Assembly: GCF_000142905.1 (NCBI RefSeq)
Contig: NW_013657669.1
Location: 62,001 to 126,000 of the forward strand
Direction: 5' to 3'
DNA length: 64,000 nt
Source of the DNA: Thecamonas trahens ATCC 50062
Taxonomy: Eukaryota > Protista > Apusomonadida
The stretch's first letter is position 1, and every line of letters begins with the position of its first letter. The position numbers and the translations under genes are program-made. This document shows positions 41,587 to 51,716 of the stretch, one piece after another. Under the pieces are notes generated by a model that saw nothing but the letters and a program-made list of their open reading frames with translations, was not told the DNA's origin and did no database searches.

Positions 41587-44430
41587 ATGTCCACTGATGG
41601 AAGACATGCGCTGGTGGAGGCAAAGGCCAGACTCAAGGCCAAGGTCAAGGCGCTCAAAGACGGTACGTTGGTGAGCGGGAGGGAGGAGGGCGGAGGGGGA
41701 GGGAGGGGGGGAGGGGGAGGGGGGGGAGGGGGGGGGGGGGGGGGAGTCGAGTGGTTGTGGATGGTGTTTGGTATGGGGATCGGGATTGAGATCGGAAGCG
41801 GGATCGGATTGGGGTGGTCGACATCATCGTCATGGTCGACATCATCGTCATGGTCGACATCATCGTCATGGTCGACATCATCGTCATGGTCGACATCATC
41901 GTCATGGTCGACATCATCGTCATGGTCGACATCATCGTCATGGTCGACATCATCGTCATGGTCGACATCATCGTCATGGTCGACACCATCGTCATGGTCG
42001 ACATCGTCATGGTCGACACCATCGTCATGGTCGACATCATCGCCATGGTCGACATCATTGTCATGGTCGACATCATCGTCATGGTCGACATCATCGTCAT
42101 GGTCGACATCATTGTCATGGTCGACATCGTCATGGTCGACACCATCGTCATGGTCGACATCATGGTCATGGTCGACATCATCGTCATGGTCGACATCATC
42201 GCCATGGTCGACATCATCGTCATGCATGGGCGCCATCTCTACCACCACCAACCCTTATCCCTCATCTTATCCTCGAGGCTGTCACAGCTGGCACACACTC
42301 ACGCAACTTCGAGTTACCATTCCAGGAGGCGCTTCCGATGCCGACATCGCTCCGGTGTACCAACAGTACAAAGAAGTTTCGGCAAAGTTGGCAGCAGCAG
42401 CAGCATCGACACCACCTCCTGTACCGTCGCCGGACCCGGCACCTGTGTCACAATCGGTGACGGTTGACGAGGCAAGCTGGCCGGTGGTCAAGGCCCACCT
42501 CAAGGCCGACATTAAGCGCCTCAAGACAAACGCTGCCGACGCCGCCGCCATCGAGCCGGTCTACGCCGCGTACATGGCGGTCAAGGCTGCGACTCCAGGC
42601 TCGACTCTCACTCTTGCAGCCGAAATGTTGCCACCTCAGCTACGATCGTCCGCTCCGGTCCCTGCCCCGCATTCTGCTGCTGAAACCCACGCCCAAGACT
42701 TTGAGCAGCGCAAGACGGAGCTGAAGGCCCAGATCAGACAGCTCAAGTCGATCGGTGCCGACGAGGCCACCATCGCTCCGGTCTACGCCGAGTACCAGAA
42801 GCTCCGCCTGGCCTTGGCGGCCACGCCTGCCGCTCCTGCTGTCGTTGCCGTCCCGCTTCCGGCCACGCGCTCGTTCTCGGCGGCCGACATCGACGACATC
42901 TCATCCGACGATGAATGCAAGCCGCAGGCACCTGACCCTGTCGTGTACGCGCCGCACGTCCCTCTGGCGCCCGCCGCCGGCGATCCGTTCCAGTTTTCGT
43001 CGTCGGACGACGGCCGACCCGATGGCAGCCGTGCGCCAGACCTTGCCCACGGCATCTACCGTGCCGAGCTGGAGGAGACCTCGGACTCGGGCTCGGGCTC
43101 AGGGGACGACGACGACGATAGTGATGATGACCTTTGCGACGACGGCGATGCGGCAAGCAGCATGGTCGCCGGCCTGGTCGGTGTCCGCGGCATCCGCCGT
43201 CGTAAGGTCCGCAAGGGCAAGGCCAAGGGCCTGGCGTCACCAGCGTTTATCTCCATCACGTCGGCCGACGTTGCGCTGTCGGCGGTCAAGGGCGACGGTA
43301 GTGTCGAGGATAAGGTCATGATGCGGATCCCGCTGAGGGCGCTGCGCGTGGCCGAGTCGGAAGGTGGCCGGGTTGTCGTCAAGTTTGGCCCGGGCCTCGC
43401 CTCGGAGCTCGTCATTGAGCCGTTTCCAGTGAGCGCCGCCTCGCCTGGCTCGCAAACCGTGCTCGGCATCGACGACATCGCCGAGTCACTCGTCGGCTCG
43501 TCGCTCCGTGTCCTCGCCACCGCCCGAAAGAAGCTGCGATTCTCGGCGCCACCGCCTCCCTTTACTGGCGGTGTCCTCCGTCTCGACTGGGTACGTGTCG
43601 TTCACGGACCGGATGTCGAGCCGTGGCTTGTCCTCGCCACGTCGGACTGCTTCATCAACGTCTTTGCCGCCGTCCCAACCTCCGAGATCGAGCTCGACGA
43701 AGCCGATGCCTGGAAGCTTCCGGGACTCTGGCTGCGACTTTCGCGGCGGTCGTCGGGCCGCAACACCCGGTTCGAGGTCAACATCCACACCGGCACCCGC
43801 ATCGCACACCCGCTACTGCTCCAAGGCCGCGCGGCTGCAAGCAAGCTTCTCCCGTCGCCGCGGAGCACCGCTCCGCCAGACGATACGGCCTCGGACGCCT
43901 CCGAGGGCTGTGAGAGCTCGGAATGGGTCCTCAAGATCGGCTTTGCCACCGAAGCCGCCATGAAGCGATGGTTCAAGGCCGCCAAGACCATGTCGTTTTC
44001 CACCCTCGAAGCCGCACTTCGGACCGGGCCGCTCTCGTTCCCCGGCCGCGACTTGCGGACTGGGCAGCACTTGCGGCTGGTCATTGCCGCAGACGTCTCG
44101 TCGAGCGCAGGCACCACACATTTGTGCGCCTTTCGCATCTACCATACGCCTGCCGCGTTCTCCGGCGTCTGGCCGCCGCTCGCGCCCCACGAGCTGCCGG
44201 CCCACGAGTGGCTCATCCACCACCACATCACAACACTCAAGGTAGTCGGCACCGCACGCGAGGCGTTGCACCTCGGCTTTGCCGCTGGCAAGGGCCCGGA
44301 CGGCGCCGCCTCCCTCCGCATCGGCTCGCCTGAGGCTCACGCCGTTCTCAACGTCTTTCACAAGATTAAGCACGCCATCGCAGGCAAGCTGCGCCAGCCG
44401 GCGGCAGCGCAACAGGTGGTCACGTATTGA
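41587..44430 (+). CDS. Adaptor-like protein with three helical-hairpin repeats, an acidic linker, PH-like and IRS-type PTB-like domains; 2 exons (41587-41662, 42326-44430)
   Basis: GACG|GTACGT ... TCCAG|GA splicing restores repeat 1 (KARLKAKVKALKDGGASDADIAPVYQQY), which matches repeats 2 and 3. PH-type C-terminal helix FATEAAMKRWFKAAK; PTB-like HEWLI...GFAAGKGPDGAASLRIGSPEAHAVL. Confidence 0.7.
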   Translation: MSTDGRHALVEAKARLKAKVKALKDGTLVSGREEGGGGGRGGGGGGGGGGGGGVEWLWMVFGMGIGIEIGSGIGLGWSTSSSWSTSSSWSTSSSWSTSSSWSTSSSWSTSSSWSTSSSWSTSSSWSTSSSWSTPSSWSTSSWSTPSSWSTSSPWSTSLSWSTSSSWSTSSSWSTSLSWSTSSWSTPSSWSTSWSWSTSSSWSTSSPWSTSSSCMGAISTTTNPYPSSYPRGCHSWHTLTQLRVTIPGGASDADIAPVYQQYKEVSAKLAAAAASTPPPVPSPDPAPVSQSVTVDEASWPVVKAHLKADIKRLKTNAADAAAIEPVYAAYMAVKAATPGSTLTLAAEMLPPQLRSSAPVPAPHSAAETHAQDFEQRKTELKAQIRQLKSIGADEATIAPVYAEYQKLRLALAATPAAPAVVAVPLPATRSFSAADIDDISSDDECKPQAPDPVVYAPHVPLAPAAGDPFQFSSSDDGRPDGSRAPDLAHGIYRAELEETSDSGSGSGDDDDDSDDDLCDDGDAASSMVAGLVGVRGIRRRKVRKGKAKGLASPAFISITSADVALSAVKGDGSVEDKVMMRIPLRALRVAESEGGRVVVKFGPGLASELVIEPFPVSAASPGSQTVLGIDDIAESLVGSSLRVLATARKKLRFSAPPPPFTGGVLRLDWVRVVHGPDVEPWLVLATSDCFINVFAAVPTSEIELDEADAWKLPGLWLRLSRRSSGRNTRFEVNIHTGTRIAHPLLLQGRAAASKLLPSPRSTAPPDDTASDASEGCESSEWVLKIGFATEAAMKRWFKAAKTMSFSTLEAALRTGPLSFPGRDLRTGQHLRLVIAADVSSSAGTTHLCAFRIYHTPAAFSGVWPPLAPHELPAHEWLIHHHITTLKVVGTAREALHLGFAAGKGPDGAASLRIGSPEAHAVLNVFHKIKHAIAGKLRQPAAAQQVVTY
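41814..42222. repeat. Intronic minisatellite: 23 units of ATGGTCGACATCATCGTC (two units shortened to 15 bp)
   Basis: Direct inspection; units counted from the (MVDIIV)n frame. Confidence 0.97.
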
Positions 44431-44559
44431 CTTCAGACAAAGGCAGTGGTCATGATTTTGTTGCGGCGGGAGGTGTCGGAGGGAGGGAGAGAGGGGAGGA
44501 GCGGGAATGGGAGGAGAGGAGAGAGTAGCGAGAGAAAGAAGAGTGGCGTAGCGTTGAGC

Positions 44560-46224
44560 TCAGGCAAGCTGCTGAGCGCGGGTCCGCTCGACCGACTCAA
44601 AGATCATCTGGGTAGCGGTGGCGATGCCGTGCTCAGTGCCTGTCAGCTCAATGTCAACCGAGCCGAGTGGGTCGCGCTTGACGCCGGTCTCGGCCTCGGT
44701 GATGACGTGGATGCGGGTGGCAGCGGCCGACTGGATGTACTGGATGTTGACGCCGCGCTTGCCGATGACGCCGCCAATGGTGGCGGTGGGGACTTGGATG
44801 GTGACGGTAGAGGTGGGCTCGTCCGAGGCCTCGTCGGAAACCGGCGGCATGTCCTGGGTCGAGTCCATGTCGCGCATCATAGTGCGGGCAAAATGCTCAG
44901 CGATGAGGTCACGGGCGCGCTCGATGGCGGCGGCGGTGCCGCGGATGCGGACCTCGCGCTCGTCGGTTCCGGGCGCCATGTCCTGCGAGATGTGGATGGT
45001 AGCGCCGGAGAGGCGGTTGAACTCCTGGATGCGACGGCCACCCTTGCCGATAACGTCGCCGACCTTGTCGGGCGGGAGCGTAAAGGTCTCGGTGATGATG
45101 GCGCCAAAGTCGTGGGCCGACGTCGGCCCGCGGTCGGTCCGCGCCGGATAACCATGGTCGTAGTCGGCGTCGGCCTCGCGCGAGCGGTCACGCTGGCTGC
45201 GGTCGCCGGAGCGCCGGTCGGAGCGCCGCGACTCGCCGCCCCACGCCTCGGACGAGCGCGACGAGCGTGAGCGGTCGCCGCCGTACGCCCGCCCGCCGCG
45301 GTCGCCACCGCGGTAGCGTGGCCGCGAGAGGCCCACGCCCGACCGCAGCGCCGACGCAGTGCGGAAGAGAATGAGGACAAGGACACGGAGGACCGCCGCC
45401 GGCGTGCCGACCGCAGACACAATAACCTCGGGGCCCTGCATGTCGCGCGTGGCGTACATCGTCGGCGGGTCCATCTTGATGACCCGCAGCGGCGCGCCCG
45501 TTGTCTCGCCCAGCTCGCGGATCGCCGAGCCGCCACGCCCGATGATGAGCCCGCAGCACTGCTCCGGGACCAGGAACTTGAGCTGGCACTCATGCTCGCC
45601 GACCTCGCTGGTGCCTGCGCCGCCGCGCCGCTGCGGCGCGTCGTCCGAGTAGCCCGAGCCGGCCCCGTCATCCGAAAACGATTCGGAGCCGCGCTCCGCG
45701 AGCACAAGGTCCTGCTCGCGCTCGAGCTCGGTGATGAGATGGGTGATGATCTGCTGTGCGTGCGAGACGCACTGGATCGAGCCCTCCAGCCGGACAACCG
45801 TAAACTCCGGCGCCGGGCCGTACCGCCGCGAGCTGCGGTCGGCCTTGAGCACGCTCACCCGCGCGCCAGATGTCTCCCGGATCAGGTTGATGCAAGCGCC
45901 GCCGCGCCCGATGACCGACCCGACCGAGTGGGCTGGAATGAGGAGCCGAGCCACAAACTCGGACGGGACTGCCAGCGCACCGAACCGATCATTGTTGCTC
46001 GACCGAAGCGAAGCATCATCATTGGGATCCTGGTCCGAGTCCGAGTTGTTGCCAACCGAAGTAGAAGTAGCTCCGCCCATAGTCGACGAACCTGCTGCCC
46101 AAGGCAGCTCGGGGAGCGACGAGAGAATGGGGTCTTCCTGCGGATCGACCGGGGTGACAGCCTCGACGGCCGCGAGCGAGTCAAAGCCCATAGCCGCCCG
46201 ACGACGAGAGTGAACAGATGCCAT
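44560..46224 (-). CDS. KH-domain RNA-binding protein (4 type-I KH domains, RS/RG-rich linker)
   Basis: VGSVIGRGG, CGLIIGRGG, VGDVIGKGG and IGGVIGKRG, each followed by a xGAxIxV/I strand. Start at 46224 or 46191. Confidence 0.92.
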   Translation of the reverse strand: MASVHSRRRAAMGFDSLAAVEAVTPVDPQEDPILSSLPELPWAAGSSTMGGATSTSVGNNSDSDQDPNDDASLRSSNNDRFGALAVPSEFVARLLIPAHSVGSVIGRGGACINLIRETSGARVSVLKADRSSRRYGPAPEFTVVRLEGSIQCVSHAQQIITHLITELEREQDLVLAERGSESFSDDGAGSGYSDDAPQRRGGAGTSEVGEHECQLKFLVPEQCCGLIIGRGGSAIRELGETTGAPLRVIKMDPPTMYATRDMQGPEVIVSAVGTPAAVLRVLVLILFRTASALRSGVGLSRPRYRGGDRGGRAYGGDRSRSSRSSEAWGGESRRSDRRSGDRSQRDRSREADADYDHGYPARTDRGPTSAHDFGAIITETFTLPPDKVGDVIGKGGRRIQEFNRLSGATIHISQDMAPGTDEREVRIRGTAAAIERARDLIAEHFARTMMRDMDSTQDMPPVSDEASDEPTSTVTIQVPTATIGGVIGKRGVNIQYIQSAAATRIHVITEAETGVKRDPLGSVDIELTGTEHGIATATQMIFESVERTRAQQLA

Positions 46225-46533
46225 ACTACTACTACTGGTGAAGGGGTGTGGTAGGTGGGGAAGGAGGGGGTGGAAGTGGCTGGTGGGGTGGGGGTGGGGG
46301 ATGTGTGGGGGTGGTGGTGGTGGTGGAGGAGGAGGGGGAGGGGGGGGGGGGAAGGTATGGCCAAGGAGGGAGAATGGGGTAGGTTGAGGGGGTGTGGGGG
46401 GTATAGAAAGATAGAGAAGAAGAAATAGAGTATGAATGGATGGTTGGGGTGTTGACGTGGGTATGGGTTAAGGCGCCCAAGAGGCTAGAAGGTAAGGGGG
46501 TGGGGGGGGGGGGTGGGTACGAACGGTTAGGTA

Positions 46534-46633
46534 NNNNNNNNNNNNNNNNNNNNNNNNNNNNNNNNNNNNNNNNNNNNNNNNNNNNNNNNNNNNNNNNNNN
46601 NNNNNNNNNNNNNNNNNNNNNNNNNNNNNNNNN
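46534..46633. other. Assembly gap
   Basis: Run of N. Confidence 1.
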
Positions 46634-47250
46634 TTGAGGCGGAAGGGGGTGGAAAGAGGGGGAAGATCCAGTGGCTTTGTTTGTTTTTTCTCCATCGCCC
46701 CAAAACCTCCCCCCCCTGCTCCCACACCTCCCCCCCCTCCCCCCCTACCACCTACACCCTACACCCTGCCTCTCTCCTTCCCTATGTCCTCTCCCTCTCC
46801 CTTTTCTTCTAAACTACGCCCTCACTATCTTCCTCTCCCAATTTCTCTCCCCCTCTCCCTATTCTCTCTCGCTTGCTCGGTGGGGAGCGCGTACGGTGAG
46901 AGAGAGCGTGAAGTGGTGGTGGCTGTAGTAAATCAAGTCCGGGCCAAGTCTGGCGAGGAGAAGCGAGGGGGGGGGGGGGGGAAGATTTGTGGTTCGTCCG
47001 GTGGTGTCATTCGGTCACGGCAGAGCGATCGGGTGATGGGGATTAGGGTGGACACGAGAGAGCTGGGAGGTGTTCAACAGCTCAACAACAAGCATTAAGC
47101 ATGCATGCATCCATACTCTGGCTCTGGCTCTGGTTCGGCCTCTGGTTCGGGTTCTGACTCCTTGCGCTCCATCGCACGCTCCATCGCACACAGGCAAGGT
47201 TGGACCCCCGAACGCGCACACACAACCCAACGCGTACGCAAGCGCAGCGG

Positions 47251-47878
47251 CTAGAGCCACGTTGTGGCCGGTGCTGGGCTAGGATCGTAGGCGGAAGACG
47301 ACGGAGGGAGATCACCGGACAAGCCCATGCCGCCCGAGGGACCCGATGAGAGCTGCGAGCTGGACGCAAGGTTCGGGTACTGCGGCGAGTGCGGCGGGTG
47401 GCCGGCGTAGGGATGAGGCGGGTGCTGCGACGGGTGCTGTGGTGCAAACTGGTGCTGCATCGGATAGGGCGGCTGCGGGGGCGACTGCCACTGCGGCGGC
47501 GGCGCAGGCTGTGCTGACTCACTTGCCTTGGCCTCAAGCCTGGACTTGGCGCCTGGCTCGTTGGTCGCGCGAGTAGCACTGGCATCAACGCCAGCATCTG
47601 CACCAGCGCTTGCCTTGGGATCTGGCAACGAGGCGTAGTACGCCATCAGTTCCGAGCCCTGCGGGAGAGACGACAAGCCAGCATTCATCGGACGTGATGA
47701 ATGCGGCGGAGCTGCCGGCTGGGAGCCGCGGTGCTGGCCGTGGCCGTGCGGCAGCGAGTACTGCTGCGGCTGGTGCTGCGGCGGCGAGTAGTGATGCGGA
47801 TGGTACTGCGGAAGCTGGGCGTAGTGTGGCGGCGGCGGCGGCTGGTAGTACGGATACGACGCCGGCGGTGGCTGCAAC

Positions 47879-47917
<39 letters not shown>

Positions 47918-49796
47918 GCTGGCGGCGGCTGCACTGGATACGCCAGCTGCGAAGGCCAGGCGCGTGGCGGCGAGCGGACCGGCGGCATCGAGCCGAGCGC
48001 AAGCTCGTCAAACTGGGTCGAAAGCCCGGCGAGCGATCCGCTCGGTGCGTTGGTGCCAAAACCGGGCCGGACGCTCTGTGGCTCGGGCGAGCAGAGGCGG
48101 AACCGAGCGGCGTCGCCGGTGGTAGGGGTGTGCTGCGGTGCCGACGAAAACAGCGTCGGTGCCTGACCCGCTCCCGCTCCCGATCCTGGGCCCAGCGCAC
48201 CACGGTGGAGCTGCAGCGGCGAGATGGCACGCACCACCGGCGGACGCGGCGGCGAGCGTGAACGCAATCGCTCGTAGCCTGGCTGCCGCAGCCGCTCGTA
48301 CCTGACAGGCTGTGCCGCCCGCGGCCGGCGCGGCTGCAGATGCAGCGGGTCGACCGACGACAGCGGCCGCAAGTCGTCCAGCCCGCTCGAGCGCTGTCCG
48401 CCGCGTTGAGACGTCCGCCGCGAGTGCCGCGACGTTCGCCGTCGGTGCCGCGACGAGCCTACGTCGCGCCCTGACGTCCGCGGCCCGAGATCGAGGTCAA
48501 AGTCAAGCTCAAGATCAAGGTCCTGTCCAAAGCGCCGGCGCTCATTGGGCGGAGGCGCAAGTGAATCGGGCCGTCGTCGCGACGAGTGGTGGCTGCGGTG
48601 CCGCCTCCGTCGCCGCCGCGCCGGTTCTTTGTACTCATCGTCGTACTCGTACTCGTCGTCGCCGCCCAGTCCCGCGCCCGCGTAGCTCTGCCGCGGCACG
48701 TCCCACTCGGCATCACGCCGCTCGGCCCCCGCCATGTCGGCGGCAGCGCTCGCGATGCCGCGTCATATCGCTCCTCGCGGTGGCGGTCAGACTCGAACGG
48801 CTCGCGCGAAAGCCTCGGCCCATCCGAGTCGTCAGAGTCGAGAATCGACTTTCGAGGCGGAAACGGCGAAATATAAACAAACGAACCGTCCTCGGAGGAC
48901 GCCTTGTCCTTGCCCTTGGCCTTGTCTTTCTCCTTGCCTTTGCCCTTGTCCTTGCCCTTGTCCTTGTCTTTGCCCTTGTTCTTGGCCTCGGGTTGAGGCT
49001 CAGGCTTCGCCTCCGGTTCCGGTTTTGGTCGAGGCTTAGCCTTGCCCTTACCCTTGGCCTTGGCCGCACCCTTCTCCCGACTCGCCTTGACAGGCGGCGG
49101 GATCGGCTCGGGCTCCGGTGACGCCGACTTGCTCTCAGTCTCGCCAAAGTCAAAGCCCGCCGTCGAGGTCGAGTGCGCGAGATCGGTGGCCTGTGGCTGC
49201 GACGAGTCGATGTCGCCAAAGTCAAAGTCGACGTCATCGTCACCATCTCCGTCGTCGGACGTATCAAGGGCGCCAAAGTCAAACTCTTCATCCGAGTCAT
49301 CGTCGCCGCCGCCATCACCATCACCATCACCACCATCTCCGTCGTCGGTAGTCTCAAGGGCGCCAAAGTCAAACTCTTCATCCGAGTCATCGTCGCCACC
49401 GCCATCACCATCACCATCACCACCATCTCCGTCGTCGGACGTATCAAGGGCGCCAAAGTCAAACTCTTCATCCGAGTCATCGTCGCCGCCGCCATCACCA
49501 TCACCACCACCACCATCACCGTCACCATCCTCGGTAGTATCAAGGGCGCCAAAGTCAAAGGCAGCATCAGATGACTCTGCCGGAGCGGTTACCTCTTCCT
49601 CAGAGTCTACTAGAGCAGCCAGAAGGGCAGCACCATCATCATCATCGTCCTCGAGTAGCTCGCCGTCGTCGTCGCCGTCGTCCTCGCCGTCGTCGTCGCC
49701 CTCCTCGTCGCCATACATCTCCCACTCGCCTTCAGCTTCTTCCTCCCACAAACCTTCTTCTCCGTCATCAACATACTCCCATTCCTCCTCAGACAT
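47251..49796 (-). CDS. Hypothetical disordered protein (acidic FDFG repeats, Lys-rich, Arg-rich and Pro/Gln-rich segments); one apparent 1-nt frame break
   Basis: ORFs 48459-49796 and 47251-48735 join as ...LPPTWRG/AERRDAEW if one base is added in the run at 48726-48730. They could be two genes. Confidence 0.6.
47881..47916 (-). repeat. (CAG)n encoding polyglutamine
   Basis: (CTG)12 on the + strand. Confidence 0.9.
49231..49560 (-). repeat. Coding 90-bp tandem repeat x~3.5 ([30 protein letters not shown])
   Basis: GCGCCAAAGTCAAA recurs at about 49270, 49360, 49450 and 49546. Confidence 0.93.
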
Positions 49797-50144
49797 GACC
49801 AGTCCCCTTCTTCTCTCTCACACACACTCTCTCTCGGCCAGTCAGGTGGATGTCGTCGCCTGTGCTGTCGTTGCCGTTTGGCCGTGGCCGTGTCGCGTGC
49901 CTCCTGAGACCGTTTGGCGGGGAAACTGACAAAGCCAATTTCGCCACGATAGATACCAAAGAGAGGGGGGGGGGGGGGGGGGGGGGGGTCGAGGATCGAT
50001 GACGGGAGTTGCCGGGACTGGTACGAGTTGCTAGCACTTGCAACTGGTACCTTACTTTGCTAAGAGCTCCGATTGGTGTTGATACAGTCGACTCGGAAGG
50101 AGCGGGAACCGACCTACCCACCCATTGATGACGATGACGATGCG

Positions 50145-50145
<1 letters not shown>

Positions 50146-50227
<82 letters not shown>

Positions 50228-50230
50228 GCG
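50146..50230 (+). repeat. (GACGACGGC)n 9-bp intergenic tandem repeat, about 9 units
   Basis: Direct inspection. Confidence 0.93.
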
Positions 50231-50526
50231 GGGGGGCTACAGGCGCCCCCAACTCTAACCTTGATCTCGGGTGTACGCAAACACGCGGCTGTAGATCATG
50301 TACACGCAGGTCACCGTGCCAATTGGCATGATGCGCTGGTAATGATGGCCAGGGCAGTAAAGGCGAGGAAATCTCTCCAGCCGTCGAGCCAGCTGAGCGA
50401 CGCGAGTGCAAAAGGGGCAAGTTGGCCGAGTGGGCGCACCTGAGACGAGACGACGGAACGAGAAACCACCGTCCCGTCCTCACCACCACAGCAATCCAAG
50501 TCGACATACCACACTCTCAGTCAGTC

Positions 50527-51654
50527 ATGAGTATGCAAGCACTTGTGGTACTTGCACTCCTTGTGGTTGCGGCTTCTGCTGCACCATGGACCTCGCTCTA
50601 TGGCATGTCTTCTACGGTGGCACTGGAGGCCATTTCCACCACCACGGGCCAACCTGTGGAAGTCTCTTCATCGTTGCCGTATGAGGCGCAAGGTCAAGGT
50701 CTGGCTACTCTTGATGAAGAGCTTGGCATCTACTACATCATTGGAACCAACGTTTCTGCTTCAAACGCAGTCAAGCTAGTCGGCGTTTCGGTGGCGACAG
50801 GCAACGTGGTGGCCGAGACACCGCTTCCCTTCCAATCGTCCGAGCTCATCGGCGTGGGACAGTACCTGGCTTATGACTCGATCCGTGGCGCAGTGCTGGC
50901 TGTCGGGCAGGACTTTACAACCAACGAGTACATTCTTGTTCGCGTTGCTCCCATCACTCACAAGATGACTCGTCTCGCCGTCATTCCCGACGTGCACATG
51001 CTCGATGTTCTCGGCGGCTGCGCGGTGTATGATCCGTCGGTCGACACGTTTTGGATCCAGCTCGCCCTCAACGTTACCGGCGACATCCAGATCAAGTTTT
51101 ACGGCTTCTCGGCTGGTGATGGTCAGCTCTCGAACATCATCGACAATCCTGAGTTTGTCGAGGCCATGGTGTACGATCCGAACGCGTCGCGTCTCGTCGG
51201 CCTCGGCGCCGAGGAGACCAAGACTGGCGGCCTCCAGCGGACGCTGGTGTACTTTGACTCGGCCACTGATCAGTTTACAGTTGCCGGCACCATACCCGAG
51301 TACCAGAACGTCATGTCCGATGTCCTCACCATCGACGTCGCCTCCCGGCATCTCATCTTCCTCGCCCACAAGAGCAACTCGTCGTCGTTTGATGATGGCG
51401 CCGCCGAGCTCCGCGCCATCGCCGAGGCGTACAACCGCGAGTACACGCCGATTCAGTCCCACATTGTGCGCAAGGCCCGTGCCGCCGCTGCCCGTGCCGC
51501 AAACGAGCTCACTGGCACCACTCTCCCGTCGATGGATCTCGTCCAGTACTCGCTCCATGCCATGAAGGTTATGGCCGCCCCGCAGGCCTGTGCCCACTTC
51601 CCCCAATGCCCGTGGAGCATCAAGTTTGCCAACCCACAGTCGCCGTCGCCGTGA
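50527..51654 (+). CDS. Secreted beta-propeller-like protein
   Basis: Signal peptide MQALVVLALLVVAASAA; repeated blade-like motifs (TLDEELGIYYIIG, AYDSIRGAVLAVG, VYDPSVDTFWI, VYDPNASRLVG, TIDVASRHLIF); N-glycosylation sequons. Confidence 0.75.
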   Translation: MSMQALVVLALLVVAASAAPWTSLYGMSSTVALEAISTTTGQPVEVSSSLPYEAQGQGLATLDEELGIYYIIGTNVSASNAVKLVGVSVATGNVVAETPLPFQSSELIGVGQYLAYDSIRGAVLAVGQDFTTNEYILVRVAPITHKMTRLAVIPDVHMLDVLGGCAVYDPSVDTFWIQLALNVTGDIQIKFYGFSAGDGQLSNIIDNPEFVEAMVYDPNASRLVGLGAEETKTGGLQRTLVYFDSATDQFTVAGTIPEYQNVMSDVLTIDVASRHLIFLAHKSNSSSFDDGAAELRAIAEAYNREYTPIQSHIVRKARAAAARAANELTGTTLPSMDLVQYSLHAMKVMAAPQACAHFPQCPWSIKFANPQSPSP

Positions 51655-51716
51655 TGGGCCTGGCAGATAAACACATCCGATTTTCCGATTTCTCGCCTCT
51701 CTGCAGAGGGTGGTGA

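Noticed and set aside
41814-42222. CRISPR-like array
   Set aside because: The units are contiguous with no unique spacers, there are no cas genes, and the array lies in a eukaryotic intron.
50125-50331. (DDG)n, poly-Arg or (VVA)n ORFs
   Set aside because: Translations of a 9-bp intergenic repeat.
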